Shown here piece by piece: positions 29,342-39,902 of a DNA stretch of 64,000 bases. Made by a program: the position numbers and the translations under genes. The stretch is from the IMG/VR virus record IMGVR_UViG_3300001528_000285, positions 1,381-65,380 of that record; one strand, written 5' to 3'. The notes under the pieces were generated by a model. The model was not told the DNA's origin and ran no database searches. It saw nothing but the letters and a program-made list of their open reading frames with translations. Every line of letters starts with the position of its first letter. Within the stretch, counting starts at the first letter, position 1. The DNA is from a virus. Lineage: Duplodnaviria; Caudoviricetes.

Positions 29342-29764
29342 ATGCTTAAGAAAATTATTCTTAGAAAAACTATTATTAAATATTTTGCAGAAGAATTAGC
29401 AAATCTTCAGAAATCAGCAGATACTTGGTATTATATTAAACATGACCAGAATCAATCTAGTTATGTATTAGATGTAGCTACCGGTATTATTCGTCTTGCT
29501 AGAAAAATGGGAATTTTAAATGAAATATATGAAGAAGCATATAAAATTTATGATTTCCGTAATTCTGGTAAGACTGGATATACTCTTAAAGATGGAAAGA
29601 TTGTAATAGATTCAGATAGTAAAGATATAGCTACATCTATTGATGGTATTACATGGACAGCTGAAAAATTACCTGGTGATATTGACTTAACTAAAGTACA
29701 TTATCAAGACGGTACTTATGCGTTAATGCCAAATGATGATAATGATTATAGAGAAAAAAAATAA
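29342..29764 (+). CDS. Hypothetical protein with one Asp-box-like repeat
   Basis: RBS GGAGG; TSIDGITWTAEKLP near the C-terminus. Confidence 0.7.
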   Translation: MLKKIILRKTIIKYFAEELANLQKSADTWYYIKHDQNQSSYVLDVATGIIRLARKMGILNEIYEEAYKIYDFRNSGKTGYTLKDGKIVIDSDSKDIATSIDGITWTAEKLPGDIDLTKVHYQDGTYALMPNDDNDYREKK

Positions 29765-29893
29765 ATAATTTAAAGTAATATAAATACCCCTAGAAGAGAA
29801 ATCTTCTAGGGGTTTATTTTTTTTTATAGAAAAATATATCTTCTTTAACAGTTTATATAATAAAGATAATTAATGATTGGAGGAGATTTTTCT

Positions 29894-30472
29894 ATGATCC
29901 TTAGTGGAAATGAGATACTAAAAGAAAGAGAAAATGGTAATATCATCATAGAACCATTTAATAGGAGTCAACTAAATCCTAATAGTTATAATTTGAAATT
30001 ATCTGATGAATTATTAGTTTATAGTATTCCACACCATTGTGATATGGTAAAAGATGATAGTGGGTATATTGCCCCTGGACCTATTACACAAATGTATCCT
30101 CTTGATATGTTTGAAAAGCATGAAACTGAACGAATCATTATTCCTAGAGAAGGATATGTATTATATCCTGGAATCTTATATTTAGGAAAGACTGTAGAAT
30201 ATACAGAAACTCATAAATATTTACCTTGTTTAGAAGGTAGAAGTAGTATTGGAAGATTGGGAATGACTATTCATGTAACGGCCGGGTTTGGAGATGTAGG
30301 ATTTGCAGGAAACTGGACCCTAGAGATTAGTTGTGTACAACCTATTAGAATTTATCCTTTTACTGAAGTATGTCAGATTTATTATCAAGAAGTAAAAGGT
30401 GAAATTGAAGAATATCATGGCAGATATCAAGGTCAGAGAGATGTAACAGCATCTCGTATGTTTGAGGGATAA
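29894..30472 (+). CDS. dcd: dCTP deaminase
   Basis: MILSGNEI, QLNPNSYNL, GRSSIGRLG, AGFGDVGFAGNWTLEI, YQGQ. Confidence 0.92.
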   Translation: MILSGNEILKERENGNIIIEPFNRSQLNPNSYNLKLSDELLVYSIPHHCDMVKDDSGYIAPGPITQMYPLDMFEKHETERIIIPREGYVLYPGILYLGKTVEYTETHKYLPCLEGRSSIGRLGMTIHVTAGFGDVGFAGNWTLEISCVQPIRIYPFTEVCQIYYQEVKGEIEEYHGRYQGQRDVTASRMFEG

Positions 30473-30499
30473 TAATAAGAGAGGAGTTGAAATTTCACT

Positions 30500-30694
30500 A
30501 TGACTACATTATTGACCATGTATAAAGTATTAAGTCATTTGAATATTAATGAAATTGCTATTGTAAAAGATAATAAGGAATTAATTCGATGCAAGTTTAA
30601 AGAACTTCCTGAGAAATTAAATCCTGAGTATTTTAATGCTAATGTAATTACTACAAATCCTTATACTGATCATTATAAGGTTGAAATTGAATGA
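30500..30694 (+). CDS. Small hypothetical protein
   Basis: RBS GAGGAG; resembles 31969-32166. Confidence 0.6.
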   Translation: MTTLLTMYKVLSHLNINEIAIVKDNKELIRCKFKELPEKLNPEYFNANVITTNPYTDHYKVEIE

Positions 30695-30804
30695 TTAATT
30701 AGAAGTATGGAGTAGCAACCATACTTCTATTTTTTTTAGTATTTTTGAAGATTATAAATATATATTATTACAGTATATAACAACATGAAAGGAGTTCATC
30801 GCAG

Positions 30805-31440
30805 ATGTCTTGGGACCCGTATGTAAATTTGGAAAAGGAGTATTATTCTGAGATCCGAGACAAGAAAAGAGCAGGAGTTGGAGACTTCAAGAAGAAGCGT
30901 GGCTCCAAATCTAGAAAATGTACACTTCCTAGCGATAATATGACAAAAAAGGAGTTAAACAAAATGAATGGCGAGGTTAAGACTTACAACATGAAAAAGA
31001 GATATTCCTATAAAGAGCTTAAAACTTTCCCTGAGGATATTCAAAAAGAATACCTCAAAAATTTGATGACTACTTATAATGCAAATAATAAAATGCTGGG
31101 TGAATCCTTAGGAGTTTCTCAGTCTATCGTTTCATTTTATCTGAAACAATTTAGACTGAATCCTGGTAAGGGTAATATTAAAAAGCCTGATGAAAAGCAA
31201 AAAAATGAGTGGAATCTTTTCATCAATGGTAATTCTCAGAAGCTTGATATTGAAAATAAAGCTAATGCTACTGAGAAGAAGGAAGAAACTAAGCCTGTAT
31301 CTGGAAACAGCATTTCTCTCAATTCTTTGTCTCTTGAAATGACCGGAGATGTATCTACTATTCTCTGGTTAATTGAAGAGAAGCTTCATGGAAAATCCGG
31401 TACTATCAAAATTTCCTTTGAGGAAAAATCCAATGGGTAA
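30805..31440 (+). CDS. Hypothetical protein, possibly DNA-binding
   Basis: RBS, early-type motif at 30756; HTH-like LGESLGVSQSIV. Confidence 0.7.
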   Translation: MSWDPYVNLEKEYYSEIRDKKRAGVGDFKKKRGSKSRKCTLPSDNMTKKELNKMNGEVKTYNMKKRYSYKELKTFPEDIQKEYLKNLMTTYNANNKMLGESLGVSQSIVSFYLKQFRLNPGKGNIKKPDEKQKNEWNLFINGNSQKLDIENKANATEKKEETKPVSGNSISLNSLSLEMTGDVSTILWLIEEKLHGKSGTIKISFEEKSNG

Positions 31441-31954
31441 TTACATACTTACTGGAATTACCACTACATTACCAAATGGAAAGGTCTTACACAAAATTCA
31501 AGCAACTCAATCATTTGGTGATGTTTTGAGATGGCAATATGGCGGATATATCGAAAGTCCAAAGAATCTTTCTAGTGGAGGATTCTGTTGGGTGTATGAT
31601 AATGCCAAAGTATATGGAAATGCTTCTGTAACTGGAAATGCAAAAGTTAAAGGAAATGCACTTGTCTTTGATAATGCAAAGATTTCAGGAAATTCTGTTG
31701 TTAGTGATGATGCATGGATTTTCGAAAATGCAGTTGTTAAAGATAATGCAACAGTTAAAGATACTGCATGTATTTTTGGTAATGCACAGGTTTTAGACCA
31801 TGCCAAGGTCAATGGAAATGCATGGGTTTATGAAAATGCTAAAATTGTAGAATATGGAGTAGTTAATGGTGATGGTACAGGAAAAAAAGATCCCTTTAGT
31901 ATTAACAGAGTTTCCGCAGGTTCAAGAATCTTTAGTAATGTGATTATAAAATAA
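31433..31954 (+). CDS. Left-handed beta-helix (hexapeptide repeat) protein
   Basis: VYDNAK/VYGNAS/VTGNAK hexad repeats; start overlaps the upstream stop. Confidence 0.8.
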   Translation: MGNYILTGITTTLPNGKVLHKIQATQSFGDVLRWQYGGYIESPKNLSSGGFCWVYDNAKVYGNASVTGNAKVKGNALVFDNAKISGNSVVSDDAWIFENAVVKDNATVKDTACIFGNAQVLDHAKVNGNAWVYENAKIVEYGVVNGDGTGKKDPFSINRVSAGSRIFSNVIIK

Positions 31955-31968
31955 ATAAGGAGATTGAA

Positions 31969-32166
31969 ATGAAACTTAGAGAATTCAAATTCAATGATTT
32001 AAAGAGTCCTTTCAGGCTTACTGGTCTTTGCATCAGAAAAGATAATAAGACTGTTGCAGAAGGACCGATCGGAGAAGTCCTCAGGAAGCAAGAAGTCATT
32101 GATCTTGCTGATGCTGAAATCAAAGAAACCCGTTGGTTCTTTGATGAATTTGTTATCGAGGTCTAA
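31969..32166 (+). CDS. Small hypothetical protein
   Basis: RBS AAGGAG; terminator at about 32173-32205. Confidence 0.65.
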   Translation: MKLREFKFNDLKSPFRLTGLCIRKDNKTVAEGPIGEVLRKQEVIDLADAEIKETRWFFDEFVIEV

Positions 32167-32249
32167 TTATTAAAAAAAGAACAGTTTCGTACTGTTCTTT
32201 TTTTTCTTTTTTGCTTGAGGTACATTAATGTAAGAAAGAAGGTGATTCT

Positions 32250-33488
32250 ATGGGCTATACCGTAGCGCAAGCTTCTCTTGCTCATACTTATGGAAATGTA
32301 ACATGTCAAATCGTTGACTATTTGAAAAATATGTTTCCGACTAATTACTTTAGAACTGTTCATGTAAGTTCTACAATTGCTTATAGACAGTTTAATATAT
32401 TCCAGAATTCTAATAAAGAATTTTTAAGAAAAAGAAAACCTATGTTAATTGTCAGACCTAGAGTTGAATTAAATGATTCTGAAACTTTCTTATATAATAC
32501 GTATTTAACCACTCGTATGACTGATAATTATATGGATACCAGCTTTACGAATCTTCAACCTCTTATTTATGATAGAGAACGTGGAAATTGCATGAAGTTC
32601 TTATTGAATAGATTGAAGATGATGTTTGATGTAACTATTGTTACTGAAACTCAGATTGAACAGTTAAATATTGCTCATTTCTTTAAGAATAGAGTACGTC
32701 AGGATGCTCCATTCTTTATTCAAACATCATTAGAAAACTATATTCCTAGAGAACTTATGAGACTTATGTCTAAAGATGTAGATATTCCTATGTATGATGA
32801 GAATGGTTCTGTAAAGAATTTTCTTGATTATGTTAATGGAGTATCCTTATACCCTATTACTTATAAAATGAAGAATAGTAGTGGTAATGATGAATTCTTT
32901 AGACATTATCCTGTGAATATTGATACAACTATTCAGGGATTAGCAATTGACGAGGGAAATAAAAAAGGTTTTGTAAGTGATATGTTTACAACAACCTTTA
33001 CTGTATCTACAGAGTTTAATTCTGCAGGTTTATATTATTACTTTGCTAATAAACCTGAATTAATTGAAAAATTTACTATGGATATTGTAGATGGAGATGA
33101 AAATAAAATCATTCCTCTCTTTACTATTAATGAATTAGATGTGAAGAGACCTGCAGATGGGTGGAATGTGTATTGTGCACCGGTTTATATGATTTCATCT
33201 AAACCTGATGTTACAGATATTAGACCATTAATCAACAATAGTTTAATTGCTTGTATTGATTACCATAAGAAACATTCTATTCCATATAATGTGTTTTTAA
33301 GTTATAAGGTATTAAAAGATAATGAAGAATTAGAAGATGGTATTGATTATAAGTATGATATTGAAAAGTTTGAATTAACGACTTATAATTGTAATCCAAA
33401 TTCTACTTATAGATTTATTATGTTTGTAAATACTTTATATATTAATGATTTGATTAATGATATCTTAGATCTTTCTGAAGAAAAATAA
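32250..33488 (+). CDS. Probable virion structural protein
   Basis: 412-aa beta-rich ORF with RBS; function inferred from context only. Confidence 0.45.
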   Translation: MGYTVAQASLAHTYGNVTCQIVDYLKNMFPTNYFRTVHVSSTIAYRQFNIFQNSNKEFLRKRKPMLIVRPRVELNDSETFLYNTYLTTRMTDNYMDTSFTNLQPLIYDRERGNCMKFLLNRLKMMFDVTIVTETQIEQLNIAHFFKNRVRQDAPFFIQTSLENYIPRELMRLMSKDVDIPMYDENGSVKNFLDYVNGVSLYPITYKMKNSSGNDEFFRHYPVNIDTTIQGLAIDEGNKKGFVSDMFTTTFTVSTEFNSAGLYYYFANKPELIEKFTMDIVDGDENKIIPLFTINELDVKRPADGWNVYCAPVYMISSKPDVTDIRPLINNSLIACIDYHKKHSIPYNVFLSYKVLKDNEELEDGIDYKYDIEKFELTTYNCNPNSTYRFIMFVNTLYINDLINDILDLSEEK

Positions 33489-33582
33489 TATATAAGAGAT
33501 AGCTTCAATTAGCTATCTCTTATTTTTAACATATTTTTTAGATATATATTATTTCTGTATATTAAATAAAGGAGGAACCATT

Positions 33583-34137
33583 ATGATTATTTGTGGTTAT
33601 CAAGGTATCGGTAAGTCTTCATTAGTTAGATCGTATAATTATCTGCATTCTAATCTTTATCATGCAATTGATTTAGAAAGTGGAAATTTCTGGGTAGATG
33701 GAAAGCGTTGTGATGATTGGTATAGGATTTATGCTAATATTGCAATTCATCTTTCTAAGCAGGGTAATATTGTATTCACGTCTTCTCATAAGATTGTAAG
33801 AGATTACCTTGCTTCCATTAATACTACAGAAACTCTTGCAGTATGTTATCCTGATATTAGTTTAAAAGATGAATGGATTAATAAACTTCAACGTAGATAT
33901 GATTCTACTGGTCTTGAAAAAGATTATAAAGCACTTATGAATGCAAAAGAGATGTTTGATAATAATATCGAGGATCTTTCAAGTCAAGAAGGATTTGAAA
34001 AGATTGCCATTATGTCAATTAATTATGATTTAAATTTTGTTATTAGGCATTTTATTGAAGTTATTAATAATCATACAGAATATTCTAAACTAGAAACTAT
34101 TCGTACTATTGACTCAATGATTAAATTTAAGGATTAA
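33583..34137 (+). CDS. P-loop NTPase/kinase
   Basis: IICGYQGIGKS Walker A. Confidence 0.7.
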   Translation: MIICGYQGIGKSSLVRSYNYLHSNLYHAIDLESGNFWVDGKRCDDWYRIYANIAIHLSKQGNIVFTSSHKIVRDYLASINTTETLAVCYPDISLKDEWINKLQRRYDSTGLEKDYKALMNAKEMFDNNIEDLSSQEGFEKIAIMSINYDLNFVIRHFIEVINNHTEYSKLETIRTIDSMIKFKD

Positions 34138-34256
34138 TAAATAAGGAGTATGGGTTTTCCATACTCCTTATTTTTTTATTAAAATCAATAGAAAATATAA
34201 ATATATATTATTATAATAGAAATTAAGAATATTTGATATAAATTTATTTTTGAAAG

Positions 34257-36389
34257 GTGATTTTAAATATGAAAAAGTCAGCTGAAATTCTTAAGAAGTT
34301 AATGAAGCCTATCAGCAGAAACTATTTCAATAATGGTAAGTATATTAATCGAGAACTCTCTTGGTTATACTTTAATCAAAGATGTCTTTATCAGACTCTT
34401 CGGAAAGATAAAGATATTCCCATTATTGAGAAATTTAATTTCTTAGGAATTACTTCATCTAATTTAGATGAGTTTATTTCTGTTAGATTGTCTTCTATCA
34501 TTAATAAGATGGTAAAAGATAATCCTGATAGTGAAATTTCTGGAATGGCTCCATATCAGGAGTATAAATCGATTCTTGAAGGTATTAAAAATTTTAAAGA
34601 TCTTCAAAATATGTGTTATGAAAAGTTGGTTGATAAATTAGAGGAGAAATACAATGTTGAATTGTGTAGATTTAAAGACTTAGATAAAGATGAAAAATCT
34701 TACATCGGTAAAATCTTTTATAAAGAAATCTTCCCCCTCCTAGTACCAATTAATTATGATACAACAAAGGAATTTCCAGAATTAGTGTCTGGGCAGCTGT
34801 GTATTGTCGTATCTACAGAAGGTACTGGTAATAATAACTTCCAAGTTCTATCTTTTATTCCTCTTGATAATTCTCTTGAACCTATTTATATGATTCCTTC
34901 TAAGAAAAAGAATAAGTATATTCTTTTGGAAGAGATTATTTATGGTTATTTGAGCAAGATTTATTATGGGAATAAAATTATTGATTATGGAACTATTAAA
35001 CTTATTCGTGAAGGTGATATTGAATTGTCTCATAATGAGGACATTTATATTACAGATAGAATGAGGCAAACTCTTCTGAATAGAAGATATAGCAATCCGA
35101 TTTATATGGATGTGACTTCGAATGTATCTAAGGATCTTCAGAAACTTCTTTTGAAGATTTTTGAACTTGATAAGAATCATCTGTATGAAAATGAATTTAG
35201 TATCAATTATAAAGCTCTTACAAAGATTTATGTACCTGAAGGAAAGTATGAGAAGTTTGAACCTCAGTATCCTTCTGAATTAATTGGAGCTCATGATATT
35301 TTCGATGCGATTGATACTGGTGATATTCTTCTTCATCATCCGTATGAAAGTTATGATCCTGTGATTAAGTTCTTGGAGCATGCTGCATATGATAAAGATG
35401 TACTGAGTATCAAGCAGACATTGTATCGAGTGTCATCTATTGATTCTCCAATTGTAAATGCTCTTTGTAAGGCAGCACAAAATGGTAAATCTGTTACTGT
35501 CATTCTTGAAATTAAAGCAAGATTCGACGAGGATAGAAACTTGTCTATGATTGATAAATTAAAAATGAGTGGAGTAAAGTTGATTTATGGCACAGAGAAT
35601 TTGAAAACTCACTGTAAGTTTATTGTAATTGTCTGTAGAGGTAAGAAGGGTCTTAAGATGTATTCTCATCTCGCAACAGGAAATTATAATGATAAGACTG
35701 CAAAGTTGTATACTGATATTAGTTACTTTACAAGTGACTTTAAAGTAGGACAAGATCTTTGTAGTATCTTCAATATGTTGAGTGGTTTCTCTGAACCGAC
35801 TAATAAAATCAATAAACTGTACTTCTCTCCTTACAATCTCAGAAAGAAGCTTATCTCTTCGATTGATAGCGAAATTAAGAATGCTAAGAATGGAAAGCAA
35901 GCCATTATTACTGTTAAAGTGAATTCGATTTCTGATAAAATTATGATTGACAAATTGTATGAAGCATCTAAAGCAGGAGTAAAAGTAATTATCTTCTGCC
36001 GAGGAATCTGTTCTATGAAACCGATCAATAATAATATTATGATCAGATCTATTGTCGGTAGATATCTTGAGCATAGTAGAATCTTTTATTTCTATAATAA
36101 TAAGAATCCTGAAATTTACATTTCTAGCGCAGATTTGTTGACAAGGAATCTTGATAAGAGATTTGAATTATTGATCCCTCTGAAAGATGAAGAGGTCAAA
36201 ACGAAAGCTATGAAGATTCTTTCAATGTATTATAAAGATACATTTAATAGTTATCAGATGACTAAAGAGGGACTTTATGAAAAACTTGATGGAGATAAAA
36301 ATATTCATCAGTTGTTTATGGAAGAAGCAATCGACAATTATAAGTTGAAGAGTATTCCTAAGATGGTGAAATCGAATTACAAGCATTAA
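34257..36389 (+). CDS. ppk1: Polyphosphate kinase 1
   Basis: YINRELSWLYFNQR, SNLDEF, LLHHPYESY, KARFDE, LKTHCK, TGNYN, VGRYLEHSR, SSAD...RNL. Confidence 0.95.
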   Translation: MILNMKKSAEILKKLMKPISRNYFNNGKYINRELSWLYFNQRCLYQTLRKDKDIPIIEKFNFLGITSSNLDEFISVRLSSIINKMVKDNPDSEISGMAPYQEYKSILEGIKNFKDLQNMCYEKLVDKLEEKYNVELCRFKDLDKDEKSYIGKIFYKEIFPLLVPINYDTTKEFPELVSGQLCIVVSTEGTGNNNFQVLSFIPLDNSLEPIYMIPSKKKNKYILLEEIIYGYLSKIYYGNKIIDYGTIKLIREGDIELSHNEDIYITDRMRQTLLNRRYSNPIYMDVTSNVSKDLQKLLLKIFELDKNHLYENEFSINYKALTKIYVPEGKYEKFEPQYPSELIGAHDIFDAIDTGDILLHHPYESYDPVIKFLEHAAYDKDVLSIKQTLYRVSSIDSPIVNALCKAAQNGKSVTVILEIKARFDEDRNLSMIDKLKMSGVKLIYGTENLKTHCKFIVIVCRGKKGLKMYSHLATGNYNDKTAKLYTDISYFTSDFKVGQDLCSIFNMLSGFSEPTNKINKLYFSPYNLRKKLISSIDSEIKNAKNGKQAIITVKVNSISDKIMIDKLYEASKAGVKVIIFCRGICSMKPINNNIMIRSIVGRYLEHSRIFYFYNNKNPEIYISSADLLTRNLDKRFELLIPLKDEEVKTKAMKILSMYYKDTFNSYQMTKEGLYEKLDGDKNIHQLFMEEAIDNYKLKSIPKMVKSNYKH

Positions 36390-36443
36390 AAGAAAGGGAA
36401 TCCGGAATTATTCCGGATTCCCTATTATTAATTATTTTTTTTC

Positions 36444-39400
36444 TTAATTAGTGATAGGCTGGAACCACAGACCGCCAACAGGCAGATCAGTAGGTTCAGT
36501 AGCACTATAAGAAATAACAGAAGTAAGATCGCTCATATAAGCAACCACGTTGGCAGTACCACCGTGAGTATAAGTAAGCTTATTGGAAGCATTCTCACCA
36601 ATCTTATCAAGCTGAGTACGGTTAGCATGAGTAGCAGCCGTAACAGCAGCATCAATATCAGCAACAGAAGAAGTCGGCTTATCATTAATGTTAGCCCAAG
36701 CAACAGAACCAGCCTCACCAGTAATGGAAGCAGGCAGTTTGCTGTTAGCATCAAGTTTCAGAACCTTACCAGCGGCAGCGGTATCAACAACTTCAGTAGC
36801 AGCAACAAAGGTACTATTAGCATCACTCTTAGTATAAACATCGGTAATACCATAACCAGCAACTGTAGTAGGAGTACCAGTAACACCAGACCAAGCAACA
36901 CTAGTAGCGGAACCAGCCGTATAAACTTCATAACCAGCTTCTGTACTAAGTTTACTGTCATCAACAACAAAGTACATCTTAGAAGTTGCAGTAACCTTAA
37001 CAGTATCACCAGTCTGAACTTCATTAGCTGTAAGAGCAAAACGTGCAGTATCATTAGCGACAACAACACAACGTTCAAGAGCACCATGAGGAATATTCTC
37101 AATAGAGAGAACGCCAGTAATAACAGAAGCAGGTAACTTAGCATTAGCATCAAGCTTTAAGAGCTTATTGGCAGTAGCAGTAGTAGCAACATCGCCAACA
37201 GGAACGAAAGCAGCATCAGCTTCAGTCTTAGTATAAGCATCAGTAATACCATAACCAGAAATGGTAGTCTGCTTACCAGTAATGTTACCCCAAGCAACAG
37301 AACCAGCCTCACCAGTGATGGAAGCAGGAAGCTTACCATCACTATCAAGCTTCAGAAGCTTACCAGCGGCAGCGGTATCAGAAATAGTCGTAGCAGCAAC
37401 AAAAGTAGTATTAGCCTCATCCTTGGTATAAGCATCAGTAATACCATAACCAGAAATGCTAGTCGGTTTGCTAGTAACACCAGACCAAGCAACATTAGTA
37501 GCAGTCTTAGCATTACCAGTAATATCAGCAGGAAGCTTAGCATCAGCATTAAGCTTCAGAACCTTATTGGCAGTGGCAGTAGTAACGATATCATTAGAAC
37601 TAACAACATCAGTAATACCATAACCAGCAATAGTGGTCGGAGTATTCTTAACACCAGACCAATCAACTTCAGAAGCAGTAGCAGCATTACCAGTAATGTC
37701 AGTAGGAAGCTTACCGTTTTCATCCATAGCAAGGATGGCATTCGGAGTCGGCGTATCAACTAACTGAGTAGCTTCAAGGAACTGATTATCAGCTTCAGCC
37801 TTAGTGTAAGTATCAGTAATACCATAACCAGCAACTGTAGTCGGAGTACCAGTAACACCAGTCCAAGCAACGTTAGTAGCAGTCTTAGCATTACCGGTGG
37901 TATCAACAGCAATCTTACCAGTAGAGTCAACCTTCAGAAGCTTACCAGCATTATCAGCACCACCAGCGCTAACAGCATCAGTAACCTCAGAGCTAATATG
38001 GCTATGCTTAGCAGCAGCCTTACCATTAGCAAGATCATAAGCAGCCTTAACAGCAGCAGGAGAAGCAGCAATACCACCAGAAGCACCGGAACTAGAATCC
38101 GTAGCATCACTCAGCTTAACGTGACCATAGAGAGTACCAGAACCAACACCATAAGTATTCTCAGCAGAAGCATGAGAACCAGGAGTGAAACTAGTAGGCT
38201 TATTCTCAATACCAGTCCAATCAACCTTAGAGGCACTAGCAGCATTACCAGTAATATCGGCGTCAAGAGTACCGGAAGCATTGAGCTTCAAAATCTTATT
38301 AGCTGTAGCAGTATCAACGACATCGGTTGCAAGAACAAAGTCCGCAGCATGCTTGCCGTCAACAGTATCAGCATCACCAGTGATGGAAGCAGGTAACTTA
38401 GCATTAGCATCAAGCTTCAGAAGTTTATCTGCAGTAGCAGTAGAAACAACATCATCAGAACTAACAGCATCAGTAATACCATATCCACCAAGAGTGGTAG
38501 GAGTACCAGTAACACCAGACCAAGCAACAGTAGAAGCAGAACCAGCCGTATAGACTTCATAGCCATTTTCACTATTAAGCTTAGTATCATCCTTAACAAA
38601 GTACATTTTACCAGACTCAGTAACCTTAACAGTATCACCAGTCTGGACTTTGTCAGTTGTCAGAGCAAAACGTGCAGTATCATCAGCGACAACAACACAA
38701 CGCTCAAGAGCACCATGAGGAATATTCTCAATAGAGAGAACACCAGAGATGACAGAAGCAGGAAGCTTAGCCTCAGCATCAAGCTTCAGAATCTTATTAG
38801 CAGCCGCAGTTGTAACAACATCACCAACAGGAACATAGGCAGCATCAGACTCATCCTTAGTATAGGCATCAGTAATACCATAACCAGCAAGATCAGTCGG
38901 AGTACCAGTAACACCAGACCAAGCAACAGAACCAGCCTCACCAGTGATAGATGCAGGCAGCTTAGCATCAGCATTGAGCTTCAGAATCTTATTGGCAGTA
39001 GCAGTAGCAACGATCTCGTCAGACTTAACAGCATCAGTAATACCATAACCAGCAAGATCAGTCGGAGTACCAGTAACACCAGTCCAAGCAACATTAGTAG
39101 CAGTAGCAGCATTACCAGTGATGTCAGCAGGAAGCTTAGCCTCAGCATTGAGCTTCAGAAGCTTGTTAGCGGTAGCAACAGTCTTAACCTCATCAGAGTT
39201 AACGGCATCAGTAATACCATAACCAGCAAGAGTAGTCTGCTTACCACCAAGATTAGTCCAAGTAATATCAGTCTTATAAGCAAGTTCATTACCATCATAA
39301 GTCGGCTTGGAATCAGCTTCACCAATCTTATCAAGCTCGGTCTTATTAGTATGAGAATGCTTCTTAGAGACAGCATCATCAATTTCAACAACAGTAGAAG

Positions 39401-39884
39401 TCGGCTTATCCTGGAGATTAGCCCAAGACACAGTCGGAATATCAGAAGTTTCAAAGCTTACACGAATAAGGCTCTTATCAGCCTTGATCATGTAAAGTTC
39501 ATAAGTATCATCACCAGCAACGGTAACAAGCTCACCAGTCTTAACACGGTCACCATTATCAGTGATAAAGGAAACAGCTTCAGCATAGGTAGAGAAAGTG
39601 AGATTCTTACCAATCTCCTGAACGGTTTTATTAGAACGGATTACATATAAACTGTAATCACCAGTATAAGTAGAATCGGTAACGCCATCGGTCTCCTTGT
39701 TAGCAACAGCAACAACCTGACCAGGATAAGCATAAGAACCGGTTTCATTAATATAAGCTTCAAGTTCAGCCTTGGTATTAAACACTGAAGTTGCATCCAG
39801 CGGGTAAGCACCCATTCTGGAATACATCTTCATAATACCTAACACTTTAGATTCATTTCCAGTAATATACGGTAAATTAGCCAT
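36444..39884 (-). CDS. Repeat-rich tail fibre/virion appendage protein (1146 aa)
   Basis: Many W..VTGTPTT..GYGITDA and KLLKLDANAKLPA repeats; strong codon bias. Confidence 0.7.
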   Translation of the reverse strand: MANLPYITGNESKVLGIMKMYSRMGAYPLDATSVFNTKAELEAYINETGSYAYPGQVVAVANKETDGVTDSTYTGDYSLYVIRSNKTVQEIGKNLTFSTYAEAVSFITDNGDRVKTGELVTVAGDDTYELYMIKADKSLIRVSFETSDIPTVSWANLQDKPTSTVVEIDDAVSKKHSHTNKTELDKIGEADSKPTYDGNELAYKTDITWTNLGGKQTTLAGYGITDAVNSDEVKTVATANKLLKLNAEAKLPADITGNAATATNVAWTGVTGTPTDLAGYGITDAVKSDEIVATATANKILKLNADAKLPASITGEAGSVAWSGVTGTPTDLAGYGITDAYTKDESDAAYVPVGDVVTTAAANKILKLDAEAKLPASVISGVLSIENIPHGALERCVVVADDTARFALTTDKVQTGDTVKVTESGKMYFVKDDTKLNSENGYEVYTAGSASTVAWSGVTGTPTTLGGYGITDAVSSDDVVSTATADKLLKLDANAKLPASITGDADTVDGKHAADFVLATDVVDTATANKILKLNASGTLDADITGNAASASKVDWTGIENKPTSFTPGSHASAENTYGVGSGTLYGHVKLSDATDSSSGASGGIAASPAAVKAAYDLANGKAAAKHSHISSEVTDAVSAGGADNAGKLLKVDSTGKIAVDTTGNAKTATNVAWTGVTGTPTTVAGYGITDTYTKAEADNQFLEATQLVDTPTPNAILAMDENGKLPTDITGNAATASEVDWSGVKNTPTTIAGYGITDVVSSNDIVTTATANKVLKLNADAKLPADITGNAKTATNVAWSGVTSKPTSISGYGITDAYTKDEANTTFVAATTISDTAAAGKLLKLDSDGKLPASITGEAGSVAWGNITGKQTTISGYGITDAYTKTEADAAFVPVGDVATTATANKLLKLDANAKLPASVITGVLSIENIPHGALERCVVVANDTARFALTANEVQTGDTVKVTATSKMYFVVDDSKLSTEAGYEVYTAGSATSVAWSGVTGTPTTVAGYGITDVYTKSDANSTFVAATEVVDTAAAGKVLKLDANSKLPASITGEAGSVAWANINDKPTSSVADIDAAVTAATHANRTQLDKIGENASNKLTYTHGGTANVVAYMSDLTSVISYSATEPTDLPVGGLWFQPITN

Positions 39885-39902
39885 TGTTCACTTCCTCCTT
39901 CC

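Noticed and set aside
5009-36423. Numerous perfect intergenic inverted repeats as MITEs or REP elements
   Set aside because: Each is unique in sequence, follows a stop codon and has a T-run, so they are ordinary intrinsic terminators.
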